A DNA stretch of 64,000 nt, taken from contig NC_086108.1 in NCBI RefSeq assembly GCF_963921235.1, positions 46,006,001-46,070,000 on the forward strand, given 5' to 3'. Within the stretch, counting starts at the first letter, position 1, and each line of letters starts with the position of its first letter. The stretch is from Mobula hypostoma (Eukaryota). Below the pieces are notes generated by a model. It worked only from the letters and a program-made list of their open reading frames with translations, was not told the origin of the DNA and made no database searches. Position numbers and translations under genes: made by a program. Of the stretch, positions 49,563 to 62,865 are shown piece after piece.

Positions 49563-50375
49563 ATATACTTTATACTTTATTGTCGCCAAACAATTGATAC
49601 TAGAACGTACAATCATCACAGCGATATTTGATTCTGTGCTTCCCGCTCACTGGATTACAAATCGATAGTAAATATTAAAAATTTAAATTATAAATCATAA
49701 ATAGAAAATAGAAAAATGGAAAGTAAGGTAGTGCAAAAAAACCGGGAGGCAGGTCCGGATATTTGGAGGGTACGACCCAGATCCGGGTCAGGATCCGTTC
49801 AGCAGTCTTATCACAGTTGGAAAGAAGCTGTTCCCAAATCTGGCCGTACGAGTCTTCAAGCTCCTGAGCCTACTCCTGGAGGGAAGAGAGATGAAAAGTG
49901 TGTTGACTGGGTGGGTCGTGTCCTTGATTATCCTGGCAGCACTGCTCCAACAGCGTGCGGTGTAAAGTGAGTGTAAGGACGGAAGATTGGTTTGTGTGAT
50001 GTGCTGTGCCATGTTCATGACCTTCTGCAGCTTCTTTCGGTCTTGGACAGGACAACTTCCATACCAGGTTGTGATGCACCCTAGAAGAATGCTTTCTACG
50101 GTGCATCTATAAAAATTACTGAGGGTTTTAGGGGACAGGCCAAATTTCTTTAGTTTTCTCAGGAAGTAAAGGCGCTGGTGGGCCTTCTTGGCAGTGGACT
50201 CTTCTTGGTTGGACCAAGTCAGGTCATTTGTGATATTGACCCCAAGGAACTTAAAGCTTTTGACCTGTTCCACTTGCGCACCACCGATGTAAATTGGATC
50301 ATGCGGTCCGCTACTCCTTCTGAAGTCAACAACCAATTCCTTCGTCTTGCTGACGTAGAGGGATAGGTTATTATA
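49563..50375 (-). mobile_element. 5'-truncated Rex1/Babar-like LINE
   Basis: ORF 49788..50336 (MVVDFRR..VKSFKFLGV..KKAHQRLYFLRKLKKFG..NSFFPTVIRLLN). (ATAAAGT)n tail. Confidence 0.88.
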
Positions 50376-52199
50376 TAGGTTGAGGGATAGCCTGCTTCTT
50401 TAAATTAACATTATAAATTAAATTAGAACAATTTCTACTTTATTGAAATTAAAACACTGCTTAAATAACTTAGTTTCAGATGATATCAATGAAAAGTGGC
50501 TTCTTTGAAAAAGTGTCAGTACTTGAAGAACAAGTGTCAATGACAGATACTAAACAAATTTATTCTTTCAAGGTCTGGACACAAAATGTGCTCTAGGTCT
50601 CCAATTAGTGCCCACTTTTAACAGGTTTATCAACAATGATAATCATTTAAGTGTTTGGAGACATAGTAAAGCAAACCCATACAACCATCTGAAGAGACTA
50701 AGGTGATTTGGAAATTCTGATTAAATTAGATATTTTAATATAATAGTTAATGTTTAGCAATTGATCCATAGGAAAAACACGGAGAACATTTCTGGACTGC
50801 GTATAGTGATGTGGGATTTACTATCTGATAGCTCAGATGCTCAATGGCAACGTTCAGAATATAATTTTACTCAAGGACTATTTGCAAAGCTATGGAAAAG
50901 CAGAGATGTGTGGGACTAATTGTACGGTTTGAAAGATCTTCCAATTAGTTGCTCTTTAAAATTGCCAGGACCAAAGGGATAAACGGCTTTGTTCCAAAAT
51001 CTATGACTTAACAAACAAAATCCATTTTGGCTAATAGGCAACGTGATCATCCCACAGAGGCGCAGCTGACATTTGCAAACTGTATTCCCAAATTTGCATG
51101 TATCCATGGAATGGGATTAACAAGCAGAGAGCAAAATTGTTATAATTGGCCAGAACCGGTCTTGAAGACAACCTGAAATGATTTGCCATCTTACAGAAAT
51201 AGTACACACCACAGAAAGTCTCATATTTCTAAGTAGCAACTAACATGTATTTTATACTGTTTTCCTTTTGTTGTCAACTCAGGCAATTTGAATGAAAAGA
51301 AAAACAGTTCAGTTACATTAAAACATTTTAAAGATTTTTAGTGATAAGCAGAGTAGTGAACAGATTGAAAAAGAAATCAATCATTCTTAATTACAATACA
51401 AATATCACCTGCCAGTCAAAAGCTTTAGTCATCTCCTATTAAAGTGAAAATGCTTCAGTAACAAATACCTGCGGGAGAAGCAGATGTAGAGCTGTGTGCT
51501 AGTTGTGTGAGTGATGTGCATGAGTACACTTTACATCATTTCCATTGTGTGTTTGCAACAAATGAGGAAACGTTTCCAAATACTATTGAGTTTGCCATTG
51601 TGCTCTCAGCATCGCATTTCAAGAAACATTTCTTTGAATTGACTTTAGGATTCACTGACATTTATACTGAAGCAGAAGACATTTATTTTAATAAATTACC
51701 TTTTACAATCTTTACTTTTCATCTGGAATAGGAGAAATCAAATTGAAGAAAAGGATTATAAAGCAGGATTGAGAAAATAATTCACTGTAATGAAGGAACT
51801 CAAATTCACACTGAGACATTTACAAGTAATGGGGAAAGACAGGGATTTTTTTTTGCTCAAAGCAACTGCTGTCTACCAAGGAAGGCTGTTAAAGTCTGAT
51901 GCATAAATGGGCTGAGAAGGCAATGATGGGTTTCCGTAATTATGTGAGCTGATTTTATATACAGGTATATGAAGTTCTAGCAGAAATGTGGCCAGCTGGT
52001 CCTGCATATTCAGGAACTATGGATATGTTATACACAAATTTCTGATTTTAATGAACATAAATTTGTGGTCAGTAAATGCTTGATTTCCTCAGTATAAGTA
52101 GATGTTAGGGATAATGTACTGAGAAAGTAATTATGTGCAGATGAAATCTAAACAAAATGTAATTGTTAGATCAGTTACTTCCCATTGCTAAAATTTTTT

Positions 52200-53127
52200 G
52201 AACACGAGATTCTGCAGATGCTGGACATCCAAAGTAGTATACACAAAATGCTGCAGGAACTCACCAGGTTAGGCAGCATCTGTGGGAAGGAATGTCTCCG
52301 GCCAAGATCCTTCATCAGGTCCGGAAATGAAGAGGGTAGAAAAAGGAGGGGGGAGGGGAGGAATACAGGCACACCTTTGCTCAGTCCGAAACAAACAGAA
52401 TTTCCCGGTCGCCAACCATTTAAAATCCAATCCCTATTCCCACTCTGATATCACAAGCACAAGAAAATTTTCAGATGCTGGAAACCCGAAGTAATACACA
52501 CAAAATTCTGGAGGAGTTCAGCAGGCCAGGCAACATCTACGGGAAAGAATAAACAGTTAACGTTTCAGGCTGAGACCCTTCAGCAGGACTGGAAAGGAAG
52601 AGGAGAAGTCGGAGTAAGAAGGTGGGGGAGGGGAGGAAGAAGTACTAGGTGGTAGGTGATAGGTGAAACCGGGAGAGGGGAAGGGGGTGAAGTAAGGACC
52701 TGGGAAGTTGATTGATGAAAGAGATAAAGGGCCAATCAGCCTCCCACTCTGACACATCGCTTCATGGCCTTCTCTATTGCCACTCTCAGATTGAAGGAGC
52801 AACACCTCATATTCCGTCTGGCTTGCTTCTAACCTGATGGCATGAACACCGACTTCTGTGACTTCCAGCAATTTCTCTCCTTCCCCCATCTCTCTTTTTT
52901 CCATTTCCCATTCTCGCTCCCCTCTTACCTTTTCTGTTCTCCTCACCTGCCTCTCAACTCTCTCTGGTGCCTCTCCTCCTTCCCTTTCTCCCGTGGTCTC
53001 CTTTCCTCTCCTATCAGATTCCTTCTTCTACAGCTTTCTACTTTTTCCACCCATCACCTCCCAGCTTCTCACTCAAACCCCACCCCCTCAACTGGCTTTA
53101 CCTATCACCCTCAGCTTGCACTCCTTC
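52200..53127. mobile_element. Cluster of Penelope pLTR and GIY-YIG 3' fragments in both orientations; the last piece continues at 61004-61150
   Basis: Minus-strand pLTRs at 52200-52350 and 52455-52730 with hammerhead motifs; plus-strand 3' fragment 52735-53127 similar to 21470-21850. Confidence 0.75.
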
Positions 53128-53296
53128 TGTTACGTTTTGGAACTCCAGAAAATAAAAACTAATTGCAAGAAAAAGACAGAAGCCCAGGAGGATGGGTCTT
53201 ACTTTAAGCGAGGAAGACATGTATGGCATGGCAGTGTGATGACATATGCTGTTCACATTCTATGACATATAATCTGTAATACATTATTTAAGTAAA

Positions 53297-53537
53297 GATG
53301 AGAAAATCTGTTGATGCTGGAAATCCAAATAAACACGCACAAAATGCTGGAGGAACTCAGAGGGCCAGGCAGCATCTATGGAAAAGAGTAAACAGTCGAC
53401 GTTTCGGGCCGAGACCCTTCAGCGGGACCCTTCACAAGTGCTGATGAAGGATCTAAGCCTAAGACATTGACTGTTTACTCTTTTCCATTGAGGCTGCCTG
53501 GCCTGCTGATTTCCTTCAGCATTTTGTGTGTGTTACT
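53297..53537. repeat. Palindromic Penelope pLTR pair (inverted arms ~95 bp) inserted in the Gypsy LTR
   Basis: cacaaaatgctggaggaactcag..ggcagcatctatggaaaagagtaaacagtc is mirrored by gactgtttactcttttccattgaggctgcctgg..cagcattttgtgtg. Confidence 0.8.
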
Positions 53538-53649
53538 ATTTAAACAAAGAATGCTTACTGAAACAATATGTTTACAATATTTCTCAAATTTTACTGCAAT
53601 ATTAAACACACAACACTCCTCTCTTCTTAGCTATAAATCCCAGCTCAAT

Positions 53650-55805
53650 CATCATCATGTGCCGTGCCCAGTTTGAGCTTTGACTGCCATGGCCCACACA
53701 CTCCTGTTTCGGGTCAAGTGGATCAATTCATTGGTATTCATTTCCAGTTCTCTGGCTGCTGTCTCCATCATCATTTGTCTTTGTCTTCCTCTTGCTTTCT
53801 TCCCTTCAATCTTTCCCATAATTACCGTGCATTCTAACTCCTCTTTCCTAATCACATGTCCAATGAAGTTACATTTGCCTTTTCATGATCTCATGCATTA
53901 TTTCTCTTTTTGTTTGCTCTGTTCATGACATCGTTATTAGATATTTGTTTCATCCATGATATTCTTTGCATCCTCCTCAAAAACCACATCTCTGCTGCTT
54001 CAATTCATTTCCTCATGTTACTAGATATTGTCCAACATTCTGAGCCATATAACATAACTGGATAAATGTAAAATTTCAGTACTCTGAGGCAAGTTGTCAT
54101 GCCTAGTTTAGTATTGGTCAGTATACTCGTCATTCTCATAAAGGTGTCTTTTGCCATCCCTATTCTTCTTTTGATGTCCAAGTTGCACCTGCCATCTGAT
54201 GTCACCCAGCTTCCTAAGTAGCAAATATTCTGGACTTGTTTTATGCCTTCCCTGATTATTCTCAGCATGCAGATAGGATTCTCCTTCTTTTTGGATATCA
54301 CCATACATTCTGTCTTTTTGCAATTGATAGATAGACCCATTTTTGCATTTTCTTCAACAATTATATCAATTATGTTTCGTAGTTCTTCCTCCGTACTTGC
54401 AATTAACACAGTGTCATCTCCATATCTGAAATTATTGATGTTTTCACTGCCAACTTTGACTCCCAAGATGTCTCTTATTTCTTGTAATATTGTTTCACTG
54501 TACACATGAAATAAATCAGGGGGGAAAATATACCCTTGACTCACTTCTCCATCTATTTTTACAGCGGCACTTTGTTCCCAGTACAGATTTCTGATTAGGC
54601 GGAGGTCTATTGAATCTAAATCTTGAGCTTTCTGTAATATTTCATCTAACTTATTGTGTTTCACTTTATTAAATGCTTTTGTGTAGTGGATAAAACAAAC
54701 AAACAAATCTTTTTGCACTTGAATAGCTCATCCTGATAGTATCCTTAACATCAATATTGTGTTTCTTGTACCTTTGTCTTTCACAAAACCATGTTGTTCT
54801 TAACCCATTTCAGCTTGTATCTTACTTTAAGCTCTTGGTGATATAACTCATTAAACTTATGGTCCTATGTAATTCACATTCTATTGCTCCAGGTTTCTTA
54901 GGAAGAGTGATAAATATTGAATTTTTTCATCTCTTCTGGTATTATTCCAGTCTCATAAAATTCATTGATTAAATCAGTGAGTTTTTCAATTCTATAATCT
55001 TCAAGGGTGATAATTTGTTCTATTACTAATTCATCAGGACCTGCTGCCTTTCCTTTCTTCATCTTATTTATTGCATTACGAACTTCAGATTTTAAAATAC
55101 TTGGATTTTCAATGTTTTTCTTAATTTCTGGTTTTTCTCCTCGATCATCTTCAAACAATTCCTGTATATACTCAGTCCATCTGTTCATAATCTCATCGTT
55201 TTCCATGATAATGCTTTCAAACATCCACCTGAAGAACAGGGGAGCTTTTTACCGGTGATATTCTTGATTTGGTGATGTAACCTTTTTGGATCAGTAATAG
55301 GGATTCTTTCTATTTGCTTACATTCCTGATTTAACCATTCTTCTTTGGCTTTTTGACATAAGCTTTTAAATTTTTTATCTAAGGACTTATATCCTATAGG
55401 ATTTGCTTTTTTCCATCTCCGTTCTTCCATTAGATTTTTGACTTCATCTGTCATTCATTTATTCTTTGTACTTTTTTCTTTTTTAGGAATCACTGACTTT
55501 GCTGATTCTACTAAAGCATCCTTTAGAGAGTTAAAATTCATTTCTACATGATTGCTATCATCTTCAACGGATTCTTTTTCTAGACTTTGAAATCTATTCC
55601 TTACTTCAATTATAAATTTTTGTCTTAAGTTTTCTTTAATTAATTGCAAGTAGTCAAGGGATTGTTCAGATTTTTACTTCTTTAGTTTTTTAAGTTTTAC
55701 TTTTGCATGACATATTACTGGGTTATGGTCACTATTACAGTCAGCACCTGGATATGTTTTGCATTGAGTCACTGAGTTTCTAAATCTTTGGTTTATTGTA
55801 ATAAA
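53650..55805 (-). mobile_element. 5'-truncated RTE-clade LINE
   Basis: ORFs 54005..54718 (FVCFIHYTKAFNKV..NNFRYGDDTVLIA..YLGSWVTSDG), 54898..55224 (KAAGPDE) and 53655..53855 (GKIEGKKARGRQR). (GAT)n tail; TSD CTCAAT at 53644-53649 and 55806-55811. Confidence 0.9.
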
Positions 55806-58106
55806 CTCAATACAAAATTATATACTCTACACTATATAAGTAATATACACAATTTCACAGCATAGTAAATTTTAAATTGACCCATTCAGGCCTGAAGATT
55901 TAATTGTTATGAAGACTTTCTTACTCTTGTGGGATAATGTCTTTCCTGACAAGGGGGGTCACTCTGCTTGGCAGTGAGACTTGTGGCTGTGAAACAATCT
56001 CAGGTTCTGGGGCCTCCTCTGTGGTGGTTTTAGGAGTTGACTCCGGAACTGCAGTAAGTGATTCTGGCAAATCTGAATAACTTTCTTCTGGATGTGTGGA
56101 TCATAATGTGTGAGTACAGTGCTGATGCCCCTATATCCTTTGCCTTTTGGAAAGCCACCTCGGACTGCTTTATCCATTGTCATTGCTTCCTGATCTGTAG
56201 TAATGAGTTTAAGGGGTGGAGCACAGTAGCCAGATTTCACAGGAACCTGTTACAATAACTGACAAATCCTAAAAAGGACTGGAACTACGACACATCTTTT
56301 GGTCTTGGGTCCTCTGCCACCCTCTTGAATTTCCTCAGCACCCGGTGCGTCAGTAGTGTGACCACAGTAAGTAGTGCTTGGTTTAAAGAATTCACACCTG
56401 TTGTGCATGCCCTGAGCCCATAAACTTCTAATCTTTTTAACAGTGTCTCCCGATTTCAGAGATGTTCCTCATCATCTTCACTGGTAACAATGATGTCGTC
56501 CAGGTGACACTGAATGCCTGGTCAGCCTTGCAACACCTGGTCTCTGGCTTTCTGCAAGTGCGCAGGGGCCAATAGAAGCCTATTATAGCAATGAAGCACT
56601 TCGTGAGTGTTTATGGTGAGAAACACGTCGGGCTCTTCTTCCATCTCTATCTGCAGGTAGGCTTTCACTAAGTTTACTTTGCTAAAGTATTTTCCTCCAC
56701 AAAGGATTGTACAGATATTCACCGTCCTGGGCAGAGAGATAAATTTACTTTCAGTACTGGGTTGAAGGTGACTTTAAAATCACCACAGATCCTGACAGGC
56801 CCATTCTTCTTTGCTACTGGAACCACTGGCTCATGGGCTCTAATCAACCTTGAAAAGAATTCCTTCAGACTCCATGTGATCTAGCTCACTGGCTACGTCA
56901 TCATGGATGATATAAGAAAGAGGGCCTTTGTAAAAATCTAGGTGTGGCATTTTCATTTAACACCATTTTACCCTTGATATGTTTGAGTTTTCCAATGCCA
57001 TCCTTGAACATTGCTGAGGCATCATCCAGTACCTTTCTTAATTTGCCTTCAGTCGACTCTTTTGCAGGGGATGTGGTGGATGGATCTCCAATTGAGTTGC
57101 AGTTGTCTCAGACAATCATGACCCCAAAATGCTGCCTCTCCTGTTTTTACCACATTCAAGTCCAATGTGGCTTATTGGTTGTTGTATTTCAGTCTTACAA
57201 ATGTCATTACCACAGATGTTATCTTTTTTCCAGTATAAATTCTTAGTTGGATATTTGTATGTTTCAATTCAGTATCTTTGAAATGCTATTCAAACTCATT
57301 TTGTGGAATGATTGAAACTGCCAAACCAGTGTCCAATTTCATTTAATTAATTTGTCGTTCACTTCTGGGGTAAGCCAAATTGCTTGTCTATTATTAGTTT
57401 GTACATTACAAGCTGAAGGCTACCCAATCCTGTGTTACTACCGTCATCATCAGATTTTCCATCAACAGACTGGAGATTAGTGCTCATTCTGAAACTGCAA
57501 CTTGCCTTTTTATCTTTTTTCTCTTCCCAGTGCAGTCCATTTATTTTTGTCTGCCTGAGATGCCCTTTGTTTGTGTCCTACTGTATTGCATTTTCTGCAA
57601 GTTTAGAATTTAAATCTGCATTGATCTGGTGTACATGAGCCCCTACAACAATGGGTAACACAATTTGTTCAGCCAGGCCAGTTTCTGTTTAGATTCTGCA
57701 ATTGAATTTAAGAAAGTGTAACTCAATTGCGCCCGTCTGCCGTTTCCATTGATACAGTTATTTCAACTGCTGTTATATATAAATTGTACTTCAGTGAGAA
57801 GTCGTTTTTGAATGTTTTCTTGTAATGTTCCTGCATTACTTTCACAATATCAGCAAAGCTCATTTTGGCTAGTTTGGTTGGAGCAGATAAATTTTGAAGC
57901 AAACTGTTTGCCTTTAAATCCAACACATGCAGCAAAGCTGGCACTTGTTTCACATTGGCTATTCCATTTGCTTTAAAATATTGCTCAATCTGTTCCATAT
58001 AAAATATATCATTACCTGTTGAGTAATTAAAAACATCAATCTTTCCAATGTAGCCAGCCTTTTCCTGCATTTTTAGGATTATTATCACCCGATGTTCACT
58101 GTTTAT

Positions 58107-59637
58107 ACCATAGAAACCATAGAAAAACTACAGCACAGAAACAGGCCTTATGGCCCTTCTTGGCTGTGCCGAACTATTTTCTGCCTAGTCCCACTGGCCT
58201 GCACATGGACCATATCCCTCCATACACCTCCCATCCATGTATCTGTCCAATTTATTCTTAAATGTTAAAAAAGAACCCGCATTTACCACCTCATCTGGCA
58301 GCTCATTCCATACTCCCACCACTCTGTGTGAAGAAGCCCCCCCCTAATGTTCCCTTTAAACTTTTCCCCCCTCACCCTTAACCCATGTCCTCTGCTTTTT
58401 TTCTCCCCTTGCCTCAGTGGAAAAAGCCTGCTTGCATTCACTCTATCTATACCCATCATAATTTTATATACCTCTATCAAATCTCCCCTCATTCTTCTAC
58501 GCTCCAGGGAATAAAGTCCTAACCTATTCAACCTTTCTCTGTAACTGAGTTTCTCAAGTCCTGGCAACGTCCTTGTAAACCTTCTCTGCACTCTTTCAAC
58601 CTTATTTATATCCTTCCTGTAATTTGGTGACCAAAACTGAACACAATACTCCAGATTCGGCCTCACCAATGCCTTATACAACCTCATCATAACACTCCAG
58701 CTCTTATACTCAATACTTTGATTAATAAAGGCCAATGTACCAAAAGCTCTCTTTACGACCCTATCTACTTGTGACGCCACTTTTAGGGAATTTTGTATCT
58801 GTATTCCCAGATCCCTCTGTTCTACTGCACTCCTCAGTGCCTTACCATTAACCCTGTATGTTCTACCTTGGTTTGTCCTCCCAATGTGCAATACCTCACA
58901 CTTGTCTGTATTAAACTCCATCTGCCATTTTTCAGCCCATTTTTCCAGCTGGTCCAAGTCCCTCTGCAGGCTCTGAAAACCTTCCTCACTGTCTACTACA
59001 CCTCCAATCTTTGTATCATCAGCAAATTTGCTGATCTAATTTACCACATTATCATCCAGATGATTGATATAGATGACAAATAACAATGGACCCAGCACTG
59101 ATCCCTGTGGCATACCACTAGTCACAGGCCTCCACTCGGAGAAGCAATTCTCTACTACCACTCTTTGGCTTCTTCCATTGAGCCAATGTCTAATCCAGTT
59201 TACCACCTCTCCATGTATACCTATTGACTGAATTTTCCTAACTAACCTCCCATGTGGGACCTTGTCAAAGGCCTTACTAAAGTCCATGTAGACAATATCC
59301 ACTGCCTTCCCTTCATCCACTTTCCTGGTAACCTCCTCGAAAAACTCCAACAGATTGGTCAAACAGGACTTACCACGCACAAAGCCATGTTGACTCTCCC
59401 TAATAAGTCCCTGTCTATCCAAATGCTTGTAAATTCTGTCTCTTAGTACTCCCTCCAATAACTTACCTACTGCCGACGTTAAACTTACTGGCCTATAATT
59501 TCCCGGATTACTTTTCGATCCCTTTTTAAACAACGGAACAACATGAGCCACTCTCCAATCCTCTGGCACCTCACCCGTAGACAGCAACATTTTAAATATT
59601 TCAGCCAGGGCCCCCGCAATTTCAACACTAGTCTCCT
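58107..59637 (-). mobile_element. Young 5'-truncated CR1 LINE, near-identical to 39909-41440
   Basis: ORFs 58283..58957 and 59036..59590; same (CTATGGTTT)n tail. TAT at both junctions inside the Gypsy leader. Confidence 0.93.
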
Positions 59638-59949
59638 ATGAGTTTGTCTGTTTTCTGCATTTAAAAAAGAACCTGCCCGTGTCTGTCCCTTCAAAAGAAA
59701 CATGTGCTGTGCTATTTTTTTTAACTCGGCTGTTTCTCGCTGCACTTTTTAAAAAAACTTAGGCTCATTTTAAACTTCTTCATTGCTACTGTTATGTTTC
59801 ATAACTCCACAAAATAAAAACTAATCACAAGAAAAAATGGAAGCCCAGGAGAACAGGTCTTAGTTTCATTTTTACTTTAAGTTAGGCACACATGTAAGAT
59901 GTGATGCCATTCACTTACTGTTACATAGAACTCACAATGAATTGTTTAC

Positions 59950-60919
59950 TACTCCTTCTTCACTTACGACTGTGTACCTGCATTTAACACCAATATCATC
60001 GTCAAGTTTGCAGACGACACAAAAGTGATCGGGTTGATCTCCAACAGAGACGAATCAGTGTACAGAGTGGAGGTACAGAACTTAGTGAGCTGGTGCTCAG
60101 AAGACAACCTGTCTCTGAATACAGACAAGACTAAGGAGCTAATTATCAATTTTGAAAAGTCACGGGATGACGAGTACGCTCTAGTCTACATTAACGGAGA
60201 CATAGTGGAGGGAGTGTCCAGTTTCAGGTTTCTGGGTATACATATCTCAGAAGACCTTACATGGTCCACTAACACCACAACGATAGTTAAAGCACAGCGA
60301 CACTTGTTTTTCCTCAGGACGCTGAAGAAAATTGGTCCATCTGAACAGATGCTGGTGACCTTTTACCGCTGCACCATAGACAGCATCTTAACATACTGCA
60401 TCACTCTACAGCAGCTGATAGGAAAGCACTTCAGCGGGTCGTCTCTAGCGCACAGAAGATCATCGGGACACAGCTCCCAGCCCTGGAGGACACCTACAGC
60501 TCTCGCTGCTTAAGGAAAGCTACAAGCATCTGTAAGGACAATACACACCCATGCAATCATCTGATTGAACTTCTTCCATCTGGCAGACGTTATAAGATTT
60601 TCTATGCCCGCACTTCCAGACTGAAAAATAGCTTTATCCCCCAGAACTATAATTGCTCTGAACCAATCGATCAAGTATCATCCATAAATTTGTTATATTG
60701 CTACTTTAATACTGGTTTTATGGCTGTCATGGATCTGAGTTGTGCTTTTGTACTGCTGGACATTGCTTGTACTGGCTGGTTACTTGATTTTATTTATTGT
60801 TTATTTATTTTATTTGTTGTTTTATAGCATTGAGTATGAGAGTTGCAAACTCATTTTCGCTGTATTGGTGCATGACAAATTGTACTATGCAATGACAATA
60901 AAGATATTTCAATTTCAAT
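59950..60919 (+). mobile_element. 5'-truncated Rex1/Babar-like LINE inserted in the Gypsy 5' LTR
   Basis: IVKFADDTKVIGLIS..KTKELIINF..FRFLGIHISEDLTW (ORF 60025..60513). AATAAA plus (TTTCAA)n tail. Confidence 0.88.
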
Positions 60920-61294
60920 AAACAAAGAATGCTTACTTAAACTTACTTAAATAAGATTTTTATAATATTACTCAAATGTAATTGAAATATTAAATAGACA
61001 ACAACTTCTCCTCCCCTGACCTTGTTATTCTGAATTCTCCCCTCTTCCTTTCCAATCCTGATGAAGGGTCTTGGCCGGAAATGTCAAATCTTTATTCCTT
61101 TCCATAATGCCACCTGAACTGCTGAGTTCCTCCAACATTTTGTGTGTGTGTTATCAAAAATTCTTGAAATTTTATTTAGACTCAAAATAAGGCTATTGCT
61201 CTCAGACGGGGAATGGTATCAACCGATTATCAAAATGCATGGAAATATTGTGGCTACATTAAGGGAGCAATGCAAATCTGCATTTAGATACTTT

Positions 61295-61610
61295 AAAGAT
61301 TAAAGATCTAAGGATTAGCTTTATTCATCACATGTACATCGAAACATGCAATAAAATGCATCACTTGTGTCAAGTTAAATCAGCAAGGAATGTTCGGGGC
61401 AGCCTGCAAGTGTTGCCACGACACCTCTGCCGGCATAGCATGTTCACTACCCTTAACCGTACATGTTTGGAATGTGGGATGAAACTGGAGGAACCCACGC
61501 AGTCCTGGGGAAAATTTACAAACTCGTTACAGACAGTGGCGAGGATCGAACCCCGGTTGAATATACAGCTGGCTCTCTAAAGTGTTGTTCAAACCGCTAC
61601 AGTACCATAT
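61295..61610 (-). mobile_element. SINE (V-SINE-like body, Rex1-like tail)
   Basis: ttggaatgtgggatgaaactggag.gaacccacgcagtc..caaactc..gatcgaacccc is the reverse complement of a V-domain plus tRNA-like head. Confidence 0.6.
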
Positions 61611-62645
61611 CCAACTGAGTATTTTTATATTCCTGGACTGAATATTTTTAGTCACTCTCCCTTAATTATATTTCACGATTTCCAAGATCTGAGCTGTACC
61701 TTCATTGTTTCGGATTTGATTAAGTGGCGATATGAACTGCATTAAATAGAAAGCCAAAGATCATCAAGTAACAATTAGAAAATCTGTTTCTGTGATGTTA
61801 TTTCAGGACAAATATTGGCCTGTTTACTGGGAATTAAAGCCTTGGTTCTCTTTGTTAGGCTTTGCCATTTCGAACTTCCATCAGGGATGGTTGATTGAAG
61901 AAATCGGCCCACCTGAACACAGGAAATCTGGATCAGACCTGACCCAAGGATTTGGATTAAGTTTTGATTCCTAAACAATTCGTAATCAACATGGATAATA
62001 GAGTCTACATGGCCCCCAATCAGGTGACCAAAGCACAGATTTGATGTTTCTTTAGCAAGATGGTACCGAAACAATGCTTTGAAATATTGAGAGAAAGAAA
62101 GAGAATGAGTCAATAAGGGGAAAACAAAAAGGGAAGGAGCAAAGCTGTCAGTGAGGCCTACATGTGGAGAATTAATGACCAACTTAAGGTCTCCTATGAC
62201 TGAAAACAATCGCTTTTGATAGCTGAAAATATCATTTAATGATTTAATGAAGTTGTTTGATCAGTAATGTCATTCCCATCATTTGTAATATGTAACAGAT
62301 TATGAAAAGTTAAAAATCAATATGATGGTTGCTACACCTAATTGCTGACTCAAGATCTAGCCATGCAAATTTAGGGTATTCTACAGAAGGTAATCAACAA
62401 CTTCATTATTTCTTACTATCATTACAAACAGTGACGGTAATATATTTAAGACTCAGTGTTAGCTGGTGTTAAATAGTGCATCAGGACTCTGGGCATATTT
62501 TATAACACTACTGCAATATTAACAAGATTAATCTCAGGCAAAGCCAACAAAGCCCAAAATAGCATAACAGTGTAGTTACTGTCAAAACCAGCTTATTCTA
62601 GGTTAATGGCAGTAAGTTCACAACCACAGTCACTTTTCTTATCAT

Positions 62646-62865
62646 AAACAAGAGAAAATCTGCAGATGCTGGAAATCCAAGCAACACACACAAAATGCAG
62701 GAGGAACTCAGCAGGCGAGGCAGCACCCATGGAGAAGAGTACAAGCAATGTTTTGGGCCGAGACCCTTCAGCAGGACTTCTCTCGGCCTGAAACGCCGAC
62801 TGTACTCTTTTCCATAGATGCTGCCTGGCCTGCTGAGTTCCTCCAGCATTTTGTGTGTGTTGCTT
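62646..62865. repeat. Palindromic Penelope pLTR pair
   Basis: caacacacacaaaatgcaggaggaactcagcaggcgaggcagc..ggccgaga is mirrored by tctcggcc..gctgcctggcctgctgagttcctccagcattttgtgtgtgttg. Confidence 0.8.

Larger units (their letters stand above)
53128..61003 (-). mobile_element. Degenerate Gypsy LTR retrotransposon provirus with both LTRs and four nested insertions
   Basis: LTRs 53128-53615 and 59790-61003 (TGTTA...CAACA; shared aaaataaaaactaat, gaagcccagga, aaacaaagaatgcttact). PPT-like ctcctctcttctt at 53616. Degenerate PBS at 59777-59789. Gag-like ORF 57723..58088; RT-like ORF 56522..56722. TSD CCTTC/ACTTC. Confidence 0.85.

Noticed and set aside
61792..62209. Overlapping ORFs 61792..61974 (+) and 61775..62209 (-) with a possible acceptor at 61806
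   Set aside because: No recognisable protein similarity or partner exons; likely 3' UTR or intergenic sequence.
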